Notes: a model not told the origin generated them from the sequence alone. Counted from the first letter of the stretch, positions 10,437 to 21,018 are shown. The stretch is DNA of 64,000 nt from an uncultured Acidobacteriota bacterium (GCA_963813345.1 CAWEYR010000019.1:41689-105688), one strand, 5' to 3'. Numbers and translations are program-made.

Positions 10437-11229
10437 AAAGGCGCAGCCAGATGCGCGTCCAATATCTGTGTTGATCGTTGACGACGAAGCGCTCGCCCGG
10501 CAGCGTATTCGGGACCTTTTAAAGGACAGCGCAGACGTGGAGATTGCGGGCGAGTGCTCGACCGGCAGCGATGCGATCGAAACCATCGTTCGTCTCAAGC
10601 CGGACATTGTCTTTCTTGACGTACAGATGCCGGGTGTCGATGGCGTCGCTGTAGCGGAAAAGATATCTCAGGCAAGTGATGCGTTTGTTCCACTCTTCAT
10701 TTTCGTGACTGCATACGATCAGTATGCGCTTCGGGCATTCGAGCTTCACGCACTCGACTACTTGTTGAAGCCGTTTGATCGCGATCGGTTCAGGATCGCA
10801 TTCGACCGCGCGCGCAAACAGCTCGCTTCGCGCGAAAAGGAGTTGAACGATTCGAAGATACTCAGGATGCTCGAAGACATGAGCGCACGCTCCCGATATC
10901 TCGATCGAATCGTTCTCAATAGCAACAATCGATCAGTTGTGGTCAGGACGGACGAAATAGACTGGATCGAAGCGGAAGGGAACTATGTGCGAATTCATTT
11001 CGGAAAACAGGCCTCGCTCTTGCGCGAAACTCTCTCGAAGCTCGAATCGCAGCTCGATCCGCGAAAGTTCACGCGCATTCACAGGTCGCGAATCGTTAAT
11101 ATCGACCATATTCGGGAACTCCAGCCATGGTCTCATCGAGGCTGCCGAATCGTGATGCTCAATGGAGCTGAGCTTCCGCTCACGCGGACCTATCGCGATG
11201 AGGTCTATCGCCTTCTCGGGAAGCTCTGA
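10429..11229 (+). CDS. LytTR-family response regulator
   Basis: Receiver domain DDE...FLDVQMP...KP; LytTR FTRIHRS. Confidence 0.95.
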   Translation: MPEKAQPDARPISVLIVDDEALARQRIRDLLKDSADVEIAGECSTGSDAIETIVRLKPDIVFLDVQMPGVDGVAVAEKISQASDAFVPLFIFVTAYDQYALRAFELHALDYLLKPFDRDRFRIAFDRARKQLASREKELNDSKILRMLEDMSARSRYLDRIVLNSNNRSVVVRTDEIDWIEAEGNYVRIHFGKQASLLRETLSKLESQLDPRKFTRIHRSRIVNIDHIRELQPWSHRGCRIVMLNGAELPLTRTYRDEVYRLLGKL

Positions 11230-11815
11230 AGGCCAGCCGGGCGCCGAGCAACGCGAGGACGACCACTCCCACAAGACCCGCCATCCCAAGAATCCTGTCA
11301 ACGGTGCGAATTCCGGTCCACTGCAGGTAATGAATCCGGTAAAGAAGATCGATGCGGTCTGTGTCGCTGCCTTTCTGTTGAAGACTCATCCTTGTCCAAT
11401 CAATTGTCACTTTGATTCCTGTCGACGTGACTGCTGAGTCGCCTGAGACCGTGGCAACACGTCCATACCGTTCAGGATTTGTCGTGAAAGCATCGTCGAG
11501 CAACAACCTCAATTCGTCGCTGGACGGTTGTAAGCGTGGTTGCATGGTTGCCGGATCGAGATGCACCCATCCATCCCGCTTTTTCGCGATCAGGTGAGTT
11601 CCGAGAATGGTTTTCAGAAAACGGAATTCAAGCCAGGCCGGGTCAGAATTGAACGGAGCCTGCGTTTCCAGAGGGTATGTCTTCACAGCGAGGATGTCAT
11701 ACGCAGCATCGTAGCCGGGTTTGATGAAAAAGATAAACCCGGTCACTGCCCACGCCAGAAACGGAATCAACAGAATGATTCCAAATGCGCGATGGACTTT
11801 GGCAAGCTTTGACAT
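11180..11815 (-). CDS. PepSY-associated TM helix protein
   Basis: KVHRAFG...WAVTG N-terminus and LYRIHYLQW before a C-terminal TM. Confidence 0.75.
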   Translation of the reverse strand: MSKLAKVHRAFGIILLIPFLAWAVTGFIFFIKPGYDAAYDILAVKTYPLETQAPFNSDPAWLEFRFLKTILGTHLIAKKRDGWVHLDPATMQPRLQPSSDELRLLLDDAFTTNPERYGRVATVSGDSAVTSTGIKVTIDWTRMSLQQKGSDTDRIDLLYRIHYLQWTGIRTVDRILGMAGLVGVVVLALLGARLAFRASREGDRPHRDRSA

Positions 11816-11902
11816 TGGACATTCCCTACTAAGGCGAATTTGCTTCGTATCTGCGCTAGACGCCTGAAGATTGGATATCTCCTGGCTCCGGAGGCGCGAC
11901 GC

Positions 11903-11978
11903 TGTCAGTAGCCCGACCGTTAGGCGAGAGCTGCAACCAGCTTCGATGCAAGCCCTCCCTACGGTCGGGCTTCTGACA
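11903..11978. repeat. REP-like inverted pair (GTCAGTAGCCCGACCGT family)
   Basis: TGTCAGTAGCCCGACCGT ... ACGGTCGGGCTTCTGACA. Confidence 0.8.
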
Positions 11979-12080
11979 CGTAGTCCCTCCGAACCTCGGC
12001 GTCATTCTGATCTGTGACCTAGCGATCAGCCTGGCTCCTCCGGAGCCGTGGCATATGCTGTGATAGCATGGTTTCGGACA

Positions 12081-13362
12081 ATGAGAATCAAGGTTTTTGC
12101 TGTTTTTCTCAGTTTGTTTCTCGTGATCATCCCTGTTCGATTCGCCAGGACGAGGGCCTGCGTAGCGCTCGCGTCTGCGCGCGAGTTTTTCATCGGAGCG
12201 GCGGTTTCAATGAAGCCCTTCAAGGACGATGAGGAAAACTACCGGCAAAAGCTTTCTCGCGAATTCAATGTCATCGTTGCTGAAAACGCCTTCAAGTTTG
12301 ACGCTATCCATCCTGAACCTGAACGTTATGATTTCGCTGATGCCGATGCAATCGTCGATTTTGCTGCTGCGAACAACATGAAGGTGCGCGGTCACACCCT
12401 CATCTGGTACAACCAGCTTCCCCGGTGGGTCAAGGAAGGGAATTTCTCGCGCGATGAAGCCATAGCCATTCTCACGAAGCACATCGAGACCGTAGTTGGA
12501 CGTTATCGCGGAAAGGTCTGGGCCTGGGATGTAGTCAACGAGTCAGTTGATCAGAATGGTGACGACAAAAGATGGCGCAAAGATTCTTTCTGGTATCGCA
12601 CTATTGGTCCGGATCACGTTCGCCTGGCTTTCGAAATCGCGCGCAAAGCAGATCCCTGATGCCATCCTCTATTACAACGATTTCGCTAACGAAGAGATGG
12701 ATGATCGCTCAACGGCAGTCTTTCGGCTTGCAAGCGAGCTCAGGCAGCGAAATCTGATAGACGGAGTCGGATGGCAGATGCATACGACCGCCGGATCGAA
12801 GATTAAGAATGAACACCGCGAGAATATCCGGAGGCTTGGTGAGCTGGGCATCGAGGTGTCGATCACAGAGCTTGATGTGAGAGTAAAGATTCCGCCCGAT
12901 CGCAGTGCTTTCGAGAAACAGGCTGCAACTTATCGCGAAACGACGAAATTCTGCCTTTCCGAACCCAATTGCCGTGCACTGGTATTGTGGGGATTCACTG
13001 ACAAGTATTCGTGGGTACCTGACTTCTTTCCGGGTGACGGTGATGCGCTCATCTTTGACGCAAGTTATCGGCCGAAACCTGCCTACACTGCGATTCGCGA
13101 AGCTCTCGAAGAAGCCATGCGTGGGCGTCCAACAATCCGCGAGGCTGCGTTTGAAGGCAGCGATCTGATTGTCCGCGGCGCGGGTCTCGACAAGAAAGGA
13201 ATCGTCTTCATCAACTGGCGCGCACAGAAGACGGCAGCGGGCAAAGGTGCGGAAGGCACGAGCCTGGTAGTAAAAGGCGCTTCAAAGGGTAGTCAGACCG
13301 GGAATCTACGCTTGCACGTTCAGAACAGTGACGGGAAATTGAGTACGGAGTTCAAGCTTTAG
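12081..13362 (+). CDS. GH10 endo-1,4-beta-xylanase with small C-terminal Ig-like domain (frameshift near 12655)
   Basis: ENAFK, VRGHTLIW, WDVVNE (acid/base), ITELD (nucleophile), WGFTDKYSW. Confidence 0.92.
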
Positions 13363-13414
13363 CTTGCTCCTGGCGACTCGAATTCAAGAGCAAGCTGAAG
13401 CTTGAACTCCATAC
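13343..13414. repeat. REP family B inverted pair (GTAYGGAGTTCAAGCTTYAGCTTG)
   Basis: GTACGGAGTTCAAGCTTTAGCTTG ... CAAGCTGAAGCTTGAACTCCATAC. Confidence 0.9.
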
Positions 13415-13534
13415 GCCGAGCCCCGATACGCTCGACCCCTGACCACCTCTTTCCCTGCACTTCATCCCTTCCTACGGACAGTTCATCACTATTTGCTGTA
13501 ACTCCTGATTTCCGGCTGGCAGATTGGCCGGATA

Positions 13535-15106
13535 ATGTCTCAACTTACAGCGAAGAAACCAATCGAACAGCTCATAGGAGAAGGTGAAGATACCGGCGGC
13601 CATGCACTCAAACGCGCTCTCGGACCCTGGAACCTGGTCGCGCTCGGTATTGGAGCAGTGATTGGCGCAGGCATCTTTGTCATCACCGGATCGGCAGCAG
13701 CCCAGTTTGCCGGTCCGGCGATTGTCATTTCGTTTCTTCTTGCCGGACTCGGATGCGCGTTTGCCGGGCTTTGTTATGCAGAGCTATCTTCCATGATTCC
13801 GATTGCAGGTTCTGCATACACGTACGGTTATGCCACGCTAGGTGAAATCTTTGCCTGGATAATCGGATGGGACCTGATCCTCGAGTATGCATTCAGTGCG
13901 GCCACGGTCGCCTCAGGCTGGAGTGCGAATACGATCAGTCTGCTGGCTGATTTTGGGATTCATCTTCCACCACAATTCATCGACACGCCCGGAAGTACGA
14001 TCGTGCACCACGGAGGCCGCTGGGTTCTGGCGAGCAGTCTTTCAGGCGTGGATGTTTCGACCCTTCCAACTGTAACGGCGATCTTCAACCTTCCTGCGTT
14101 CCTGGTTGTGCTCGCTGTCTCAGCTATCCTCGTCTTTGGCATCCGCGAATCTGCTCGCTTCAACGCCGCGGTTGTCTTTGTCAAAGTAGGTACGGTGATC
14201 GTGTTTGTGATCATCGCTGCGATCTTCATCTGGAAGAATCCTTCAGTCGCGACCACAAACTGGACTCCTTTCATTCCAGAGAACAAGGGAAGCTACGGCG
14301 AGTACGGATGGTCCGGCATCGCGCGGGGAGCTGCGGTGATCTTCTTCGCCTATATCGGATTCGACGCCGTCTCGACTGCGGCTCAGGAAGCGCGCAACCC
14401 GCAAAGGGACATGCCGATCGGCATTCTCGGCTCACTCGCGATCTGCACGATCCTGTATATCGTTGTAGCCTGGCTGCTCACTGGAATGGTTCACTATTCA
14501 CAGCTCAATGTGGCGGCGCCGGTTGCGGCTGCGACAGATGTCGCCGGAGTTCGATGGGGCAGTCTGCTGGTAAAGGCGGGCACATTCGCAGGGCTGAGCA
14601 CAGTCATGCTTGTCACTCTCATGGGCCAATCGAGGATCTTCTACACGATGTCAAAGGATGGACTGCTGCCGCAATGGGCATCGCGCATCCACCCGCGATT
14701 CAAGACGCCGTGGATCTCGAGCGCCATTGTTGGAATTGCAGTCGCGATCTTCGCCGGACTGATTCCGATAGGCGTGCTTGGTCAGCTTGTGAGCATTGGG
14801 ACGCTCTTTGCTTTTGTAATCGTGTGCGCGGGCGTCCTGATCTTGCGACGAACGCGTCCCGATCTGAAGCGTCCATTCAGGACACCATGGTCACCGCTTG
14901 TCCCGATACTTGGAATTGTGATTTCACTATTCTTGATGGCCAGTCTGCCGCTGGATACCTGGCTGCGCCTGGTGGCATGGCTCGCGATTGGATTCGTAAT
15001 CTACTTTGGTTATAGCAAGCGACATAGCAAGCTAAGAGCGATAGCGGCAGCTAAGATTCCGCCTGAAGGCGGTACAACGTACCAACTTCATACAATCGAT
15101 CGCTGA
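13535..15106 (+). CDS. APC-family amino acid permease (CAT/YhdG-like)
   Basis: LGIGAVIGAGIF, YAELSSMIPIAGSAYTY, FFAYIGFDAVST. Confidence 0.95.
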   Translation: MSQLTAKKPIEQLIGEGEDTGGHALKRALGPWNLVALGIGAVIGAGIFVITGSAAAQFAGPAIVISFLLAGLGCAFAGLCYAELSSMIPIAGSAYTYGYATLGEIFAWIIGWDLILEYAFSAATVASGWSANTISLLADFGIHLPPQFIDTPGSTIVHHGGRWVLASSLSGVDVSTLPTVTAIFNLPAFLVVLAVSAILVFGIRESARFNAAVVFVKVGTVIVFVIIAAIFIWKNPSVATTNWTPFIPENKGSYGEYGWSGIARGAAVIFFAYIGFDAVSTAAQEARNPQRDMPIGILGSLAICTILYIVVAWLLTGMVHYSQLNVAAPVAAATDVAGVRWGSLLVKAGTFAGLSTVMLVTLMGQSRIFYTMSKDGLLPQWASRIHPRFKTPWISSAIVGIAVAIFAGLIPIGVLGQLVSIGTLFAFVIVCAGVLILRRTRPDLKRPFRTPWSPLVPILGIVISLFLMASLPLDTWLRLVAWLAIGFVIYFGYSKRHSKLRAIAAAKIPPEGGTTYQLHTIDR

Positions 15107-16000
15107 GATTCACAATCTCGTCGTGCATTGTGAGCCGTGACGCGCCAGTTGGCTGGGATCGCTGATGCGCCGTAGAACGCGCCGGCAATCTGACCGCATA
15201 CGGCACCGGTTGTATCCGCGTCATCGCCCAGATTCACTGCGGCAAGCACCGCATCCTCAAAGCTCTCGGTTTTGTCAAAGCACCAGAGCGCCGCTTCGAG
15301 GCAATCGACTACATACCCCGAGCCGCGAATCTCCGGCTCTTTCTTTGATTGATATGCGCCTTGAGCGATAGAGACCACTTTTCTCGATGCGAGTTGATCG
15401 ACGCCGTGCCCCAGAATCACATCAGTTTTGGACGATCCTGAAAAAGCTTGCCAAAGAATCCCGCCAAACAATCGAGCGGAATCGATACATTCGGCAGTTC
15501 CATGTGTTGTCCGGGACGATTCACCAGACATTTCGATAACTGCTCGGCGATCCGGAAAGAAAAACATGGGGACGGGGGCAAGCCGCATGATGCAGCCGTT
15601 GCCGGCCGAATTTGGATCAGTCGATCCGCTGAATGGCTGACGCGAGTGGCGGAATCGGCTGAGTGCGCCTCTGACCGTGTTGCCGATATCGAAGCAACGC
15701 CCGTTGCTGCTCAAATATCCTTCATCAAACCAGCGCAGATAGCGCTCCATCTGATCGAGTGGATCGAACTTACCCTGTTCGACAAGACTCGATGCAAGAC
15801 AAAGCGCCATCGACGTGTCATCGGTCCATTCACCAGGTTTGAGCCTGAATGGACCTCCACCAACCATGTCGGTGACCGGTGGAAAGCTACCGCGAGGCTT
15901 GAATTCCACCGTAGTCCCGACAGCATCGCCACACGCCAGGCCAAGCAGGCATCCGTGGAATCGATCAAGGATCTCAAGGGAGACTCACGAGTCTGGTCAT
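15051..16000 (-). CDS. ADP-ribosylglycohydrolase (DraG/Tri1-like); frameshifts near 15978 and 15143
   Basis: DRFHGCLLGLACGDAVG, WTDDTSM, GNGCIMR, NLGDDADTTG; repaired C-terminus [28 protein letters not shown]. Confidence 0.88.
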
Positions 16001-16479
16001 TTGTCTGCTGGTGCTTGCTTAAAGCAGTCATCGTAACGGCGCTGCATCTCCTCAGGCGAAACTTTTTCGATCTCGTGACCCAGATTCCACGTATGTCCGA
16101 ACGGATCTCGCACACGGCAACTTCGTTCACCGTAGAACTCGTCTTTCGGCTCGCTGATCATCGTGGCTCCGGCCTCTACAGCCTGCTTCGCCATTTCGTC
16201 GGCGTTGTCGACGTGCAGGTGAATCCCTGCACCCATTCCGCCATAAGCCTCAGGACTTAGAAAGTTATACTCCGGATACTCGTCGGCAATCATAATCGTC
16301 GCCGGACCAAACTTGAGCTCACAATGCCCGATCTTCCCGCCAGGTTCTGTAAGGCGGAAAAGCTCTTCGGCCCCAAAAGCTTTCTTGTAGAATTCGATGG
16401 CAGCCGATGCATTGCGCACGCATAGATATGGAAAGACTTCGTGGATTGCAGATTGATTCTTTGCTGTTTGTTCCTTCAT
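15997..16479 (-). CDS. VOC/glyoxalase (PhnB-like) protein
   Basis: PYLCVRNASAAIEFYKKAFGA, FYGERSCRVRDPFGHTW. Confidence 0.92.
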   Translation of the reverse strand: MKEQTAKNQSAIHEVFPYLCVRNASAAIEFYKKAFGAEELFRLTEPGGKIGHCELKFGPATIMIADEYPEYNFLSPEAYGGMGAGIHLHVDNADEMAKQAVEAGATMISEPKDEFYGERSCRVRDPFGHTWNLGHEIEKVSPEEMQRRYDDCFKQAPADK

Positions 16480-16543
16480 GTCAAAATCACCTCCAAAGAG
16501 AGCATATCTTCACCGTCGCAATCCGTATTGGAAAAATTTGGCC

Positions 16544-16707
16544 TGGGAGCGCCAGGGTATTTGGAGTGCGAAGAAGTCAACGCAGAGGGCGCAGAGTGAA
16601 GACGCAGAGCGCGCAGAGAAACAACCGCCATACCTCAGCGCGCTCTGCGTCTTCACTCTGCGCCCTCTGCGTTGACTTCTTCGCACCCTAAATACCTGGC
16701 GCTCCCA
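16544..16707. repeat. Nested long inverted repeat (TGGGAGCGCC outer arms, CGCAGAG-unit inner arms)
   Basis: About 75-nt near-perfect arms around a short loop. Confidence 0.9.
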
Positions 16708-16714
16708 CGGTTTG

Positions 16715-17525
16715 CTAGAACCGGGCATGATTCGGAGAATCGGGATAGATCGGTCGATACTGCGCTGGTGTCATTCCGGCCATCTCGCGAAAGTCGTGAA
16801 TCAAATGCGACTGATCGTAGTAGCCGGAATCGGCCGCAACGTCAGCCCATTCGACCGGGAGGCCTCGCGTCAATCTGGCAAGCACATCCTGGAAACGCCG
16901 AACGCGGCAGTACCGCTTCGGCGTCAGCCCGACGCCATACTCAAAGAGCCGGATGAAACGCTTCGCACTGTATCCGCTCGCATTTGATACTTCCGCTACA
17001 CGCGTCAAGGCCGGAGCTGGCCGTAAATTGATTGAGAGCATATGCGACGACTGGATGATAGGCAGGTCTCTTTGCGAGACGGGAGATGAGCGCTTGCTCG
17101 AGCACGTCCATTCGCCCTTCAGGACCACGAGCTTCCAGCAATTGCTCACGAACCAATCGTGCGCGAGCGCCCCACAGGTCTTCCAACGCAACGTGGCGAT
17201 CCGACAGTTCGCTCAGCGGCAGATTGAGGAAGGGAAACGCTCCACCAGGTTTGAAGTGAGCCCCAACCACAGAGACACGATCGGACGGGCCCAGCACAAA
17301 GTATCGCGATTGAGGACCGCAGACCGTTGAACCCTCAAATCGCTGTCCCTCAGTATCGTTGATGTCCGAAAACACCTTGATCGGCTCATCGAGAAGCGAG
17401 ATCACGAGCTCTGTCGTGCCGATCGGAAGCAGCAACTCACGCGTCGACCTCGATCCTTCAGAACACCAGATCCACGTGACGAAGTCCGAGATCAGTGAGC
17501 AAGGTTTGCGGAACCGCGTGTTCAT
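16715..17525 (-). CDS. AraC-family transcriptional regulator (DUF6597-like N-domain); frameshift near 17015
   Basis: LLPIGTTELVI N-domain; VGLTPKRYCRVRRF and GYYDQSHLIHDFREMAG HTH. Confidence 0.88.
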
Positions 17526-17532
17526 CGTACAG

Positions 17533-17607
17533 GTATGTTGTAGCGGTTTTAGCGGAATTGTCACATTCCGAATGCCACGATTCCGGCTAAATGCCGGTAC
17601 AACGTAC
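17533..17607. repeat. REP family A-variant inverted pair (CCGGC stem)
   Basis: GTATGTTGTAGCGG... and CCGGCTAAATGCCGGTACAACGTAC. Confidence 0.75.
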
Positions 17608-17656
17608 CTTAACGTCTTGCTGTAATGCGTTATGATGCTATGGCGTGGTGAGTAAG

Positions 17657-17887
17657 ATGGCATTGACGAAACGAGCTACGGTCTACTTTGATTCGAGCAT
17701 TTATCGTGCTTTGCGTGTCAAAGCAGCACAAACGGACCAGACAGTATCTGACCTCGTCAATGCCGCAGTACGGGCAAGCCTCGCCGAGGATGCCGAGGAC
17801 CTCGCCGCCTTTGAAACACGATCGAAGGAACGCGATCTGGCATTTCCAGAAGTTCTCAAGGCTCTAAAGCGGCGTGGCAAACTATAG
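17657..17887 (+). CDS. CopG/RHH-family antitoxin
   Basis: KRATVYFD...RALRVKAA...SDLVNAAVR...LAEDAEDLAAF...LKRRGKL. Confidence 0.85.
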   Translation: MALTKRATVYFDSSIYRALRVKAAQTDQTVSDLVNAAVRASLAEDAEDLAAFETRSKERDLAFPEVLKALKRRGKL

Positions 17888-17957
17888 ACTGTTTATTAAA
17901 CCATGCTGCGAGTTCAAGGAACTGGAGAGCGTTCACCGCAGAAACGAGAATCGATGA
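17874..17957 (+). pseudogene. Truncated RelE/ParE-family toxin (27 aa)
   Basis: GTG overlapping the antitoxin end; MANYRLFIKP..KELESV resembles a RelE N-terminus, then stops. Confidence 0.6.
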
Positions 17958-18926
17958 AATTCATTCAAGTCAGGTGAAACCGGTGGGTCCCGAAGTGTCC
18001 TCAAGCTCGCCGAAAAACCCACTCCCAGCCCAACTGGAAGCGAAGTGCTCGTCCGCCTCGAGGCTATCGGCGTCAACTTTATCGACGTCTATCATCGAAC
18101 AGGTCTTTACCCGCTGCCACTCCCGTTTACTCCCGGAATGGAAGGCGCAGGGCGAGTTGAAGACCTGGGACCCGATGTCACCGGATTCAAAAGGGGTGAT
18201 CGCGTTGCCTACGCTATGCACGCGGGATCATATGCCGAGTATGCATCGGTGCCCGCAGCTCGGCTGGTCCGCGTTCCCGAGGGCGTGAGCTCGGAACAGG
18301 CGGCGGCAGCGATGCTTCAGGGAATGACTGCGCATTACCTGACAACATCAGTTCACCGTCTAAAGGATGGTGACTGGGCGATCGTCCACGCTGCCGCGGG
18401 TGGTGTAGGTCTTCTGTTGATCCAGATGGCCAAACGCGTTGGCGCTCGCGTGATTGGAACCGTGTCAACCGAGGAGAAAGCGAAGCTCGCGCGCGAGGCC
18501 GGGGCAGACGAGATCGTCAACTACCGGAACCAGGACTTCGAATCGGAAGCTCGGCGCATCACAAACGGCCGCGGTGTCGACGTCGTCTATGATTCTGTCG
18601 GACGCGATACCTTCATGAAAAGTCTCGCGTCACTCGCGCCTCGCGGCATGCTGGCGCTTTTCGGGCAGTCGAGTGGGCCGGTTCCACCATTTGATCCCGC
18701 GCTGCTGGCACAGAAGGGGTCACTTTTTCTGACGCGGCCGAGTCTGGCTCACTACACGTTGACTCGTGATGAACTTGAATCAAGAGCCTCTGACGTCTTC
18801 GATTGGATTCAATCAGGACAATTGCGAATCGACATCAACCATCGATTCCCGCTATCATCAGCGGCCGAAGCGCACCGAGCCCTCGAGGGACGAAAGACCA
18901 CGGGTAAGGTGTTGCTGATCCCGTAG
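17954..18926 (+). CDS. qor: NADPH:quinone oxidoreductase (zeta-crystallin type); indels in the first 90 nt
   Basis: GVNFIDVYHRTG, HAAAGGVG, DVVYDSVG, KGSLFLTRP, RKTTGK. Confidence 0.92.
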
Positions 18927-18963
18927 TTCGGTATTCCGATATTTCGATAGTCCGATAGTCCGG
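18924..18963 (+). repeat. Degenerate 8-mer tandem repeat (TAGTCCGA-like x5)
   Basis: tagttcgg tattccga tatttcga tagtccga tagtccgg. Confidence 0.7.
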
Positions 18964-18980
18964 AGGAGAACCCGATTCCG

Positions 18981-19700
18981 ATGGCCCGACAGCCGTTCGT
19001 TGACGTGCGTCCGATTGATGCAGTCGAAAAAAGAGTCCTTGCTATCTCCGCACTCTGTGCGGTTGTTTACCTCGTCACTGTAAGCCGCCAACCATTTCCG
19101 GGAAGTATTGTCATCAAGGGAGCCGCGGTATCGTTTCTTGCAGTGATCGCCCTCAGGCTCCTCAGCGGCAAGGATCGCTGGCTGATGTCTGGTGCGCTCT
19201 TCCTGAGTGCCGCGGGCGATGTGCTTATTGAGCTCGGCGACAGATATTTTGTATTTGCGCTCGGGGCTTTCGCTATTGCCCACGTGCTCTACATCATACT
19301 CTTCCTGGGTTACTGGCGAACGAGCGGCATAGGTCGCGGCGGTGATCGATATGCCCTGGTAGCCGCGACGGTGCTTTATAGTGGAGTTCTGTTGTGGAGA
19401 GTCTGGCCTGGCCTCGGGAACCCGCAAACCACGCAAAACCTCAAAATCCCCGTAGTAATCTACACAGCGCTCCTGACCATTATGGTCATATCGGCTGTAC
19501 TGGCGCCGTTTGTCAGCCAGTTGATCGGCTTTGGCGCGGTGCTCTTTCTGATCTCAGATTCACTCCTCGCGCTCAACCGGTTTCGCCAGGCAGTGCCGTT
19601 TGCACCCTACCTGATCTGGGCAACCTATTATCTTGCTCAGTGTGGGCTTGCGTTTGGCTTTTTTAGAGAAGGGCGTCGCGGCCAGACTTCGCAATCCTGA
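18981..19700 (+). CDS. YhhN/TMEM86-family lysoplasmalogenase
   Basis: LSAAGDVLI, FAIAHVLY, LFLISDSLLA, WATYYLAQ. Confidence 0.9.
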   Translation: MARQPFVDVRPIDAVEKRVLAISALCAVVYLVTVSRQPFPGSIVIKGAAVSFLAVIALRLLSGKDRWLMSGALFLSAAGDVLIELGDRYFVFALGAFAIAHVLYIILFLGYWRTSGIGRGGDRYALVAATVLYSGVLLWRVWPGLGNPQTTQNLKIPVVIYTALLTIMVISAVLAPFVSQLIGFGAVLFLISDSLLALNRFRQAVPFAPYLIWATYYLAQCGLAFGFFREGRRGQTSQS

Positions 19701-19706
19701 GTTCGC

Positions 19707-19741
19707 CTATTCGTACGATTCGTACTATTGTACTATTCGTA
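19707..19741. repeat. 9-mer tandem repeat (CTATTCGTA x4, degenerate)
   Basis: ctattcgta cgattcgta ctattgta ctattcgta; the last unit is the Tyr-Glu-stop of the permease on the - strand. Confidence 0.7.
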
Positions 19742-20993
19742 TCTGAGCGCGACGATCGGGTCGAGGCGCGCGGCTTTCCAGGCAGGCCAAATGCCAAAGA
19801 CGAGTCCAATACCAACGCTCGAAATCAGCCCGCCGAGAGGCGCCCACAGCGGCACATAAGACGGAACGAATGCCCTGATAAGCAGTGTCGTCAGCCAGCC
19901 TATGGCAAGACCAACGATGCCTCCGACGCCGGTCAAGCGTCATTGCCTCGATCAGAAACTGCCACAAGATGTCGCGCCGCCGGCCGCCAATCGCTTTGCG
20001 AATGCCTATCTCGCGAGTTCGTTCTGTAACCGAAACGAGCATGATGTTCATGACACCTATTCCACCAACAAGAAGGCCGACCGAAGAGATGGCAATCATT
20101 GCAATCGCAACGCCGACGGTAATTGCTCGAAATGATTCGATGATGGAATCAGCGGTTGAAATGCCGAAGTTATTGGGCTTGCCGAACGTCACCTGACGCC
20201 GAAGGCGCAACGTGTCGGTGATTTCGTCGAGAGCCTGCTTGAGCATGCCCGGGCGCGCTACCGCAAGGATGAATACATCTTCGGCGCGCGGTTTGAGTTT
20301 CTGCGCTACCGTAAAAGGTACGAGCAGGAGATTGTTCTGATCGTTGCTCCCCTCACCACCGCCGAAGAGCTGCTCGCGCTTTTCGAGAACACCTACAATC
20401 CGAAACTCGCGTCCACCAACTGTGAGAGTGCGGTCTATTGGATTCAGATACGGAAAGAACTCATCGGCCACCGAGGACCCGATGACGCACACCTCATCGC
20501 GGCTGTCATTCTCGAGATTGGTAAAGAATCGTCCGGATGAAAGAAACCAGATTCCAGCTTTTTCGTATTCAGGCAGAGTACCCTGTAGCCGCACCGCCGC
20601 CGATTCTCTGCCGTTTCCTTTGACGGAAAGCTTGCGGCCAAAATAGTCATTCGTGATATCGAGAATCGGTACAGAAAGCGCAACGGATGGCAGTCTCGTT
20701 ATCGCCATCGCGTCGTCATAGGTCAGGGGCTTGCGCATGCGCTCTTCGCGCGATGGAGGTCCGAACCGTACACCCGACTCGAATTTGTTTATAAAGACTG
20801 AGTTCGTACCAAAGGATTCAATCTCTTTTGAGACAGCATAGTCTATCCCGCTGATGATCGATGCGATCGCCATCACGGTCCAGACGCCGATCACTACGCC
20901 GATCACAGTCAGAAATGAACGCAGTTTATTGGCGCGCAGCGTCGACAGCGCCATCTTAAGATTCTCGTATATATCGCTTCTAAGAAGTTTCAT
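19733..20993 (-). CDS. MacB-family ABC permease (frameshift near 19936)
   Basis: [35 protein letters not shown]-terminal [10 protein letters not shown] in the second frame. Confidence 0.92.
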
Positions 20994-21018
20994 TTACGTC
21001 TGGAGTAATGGACCATAC

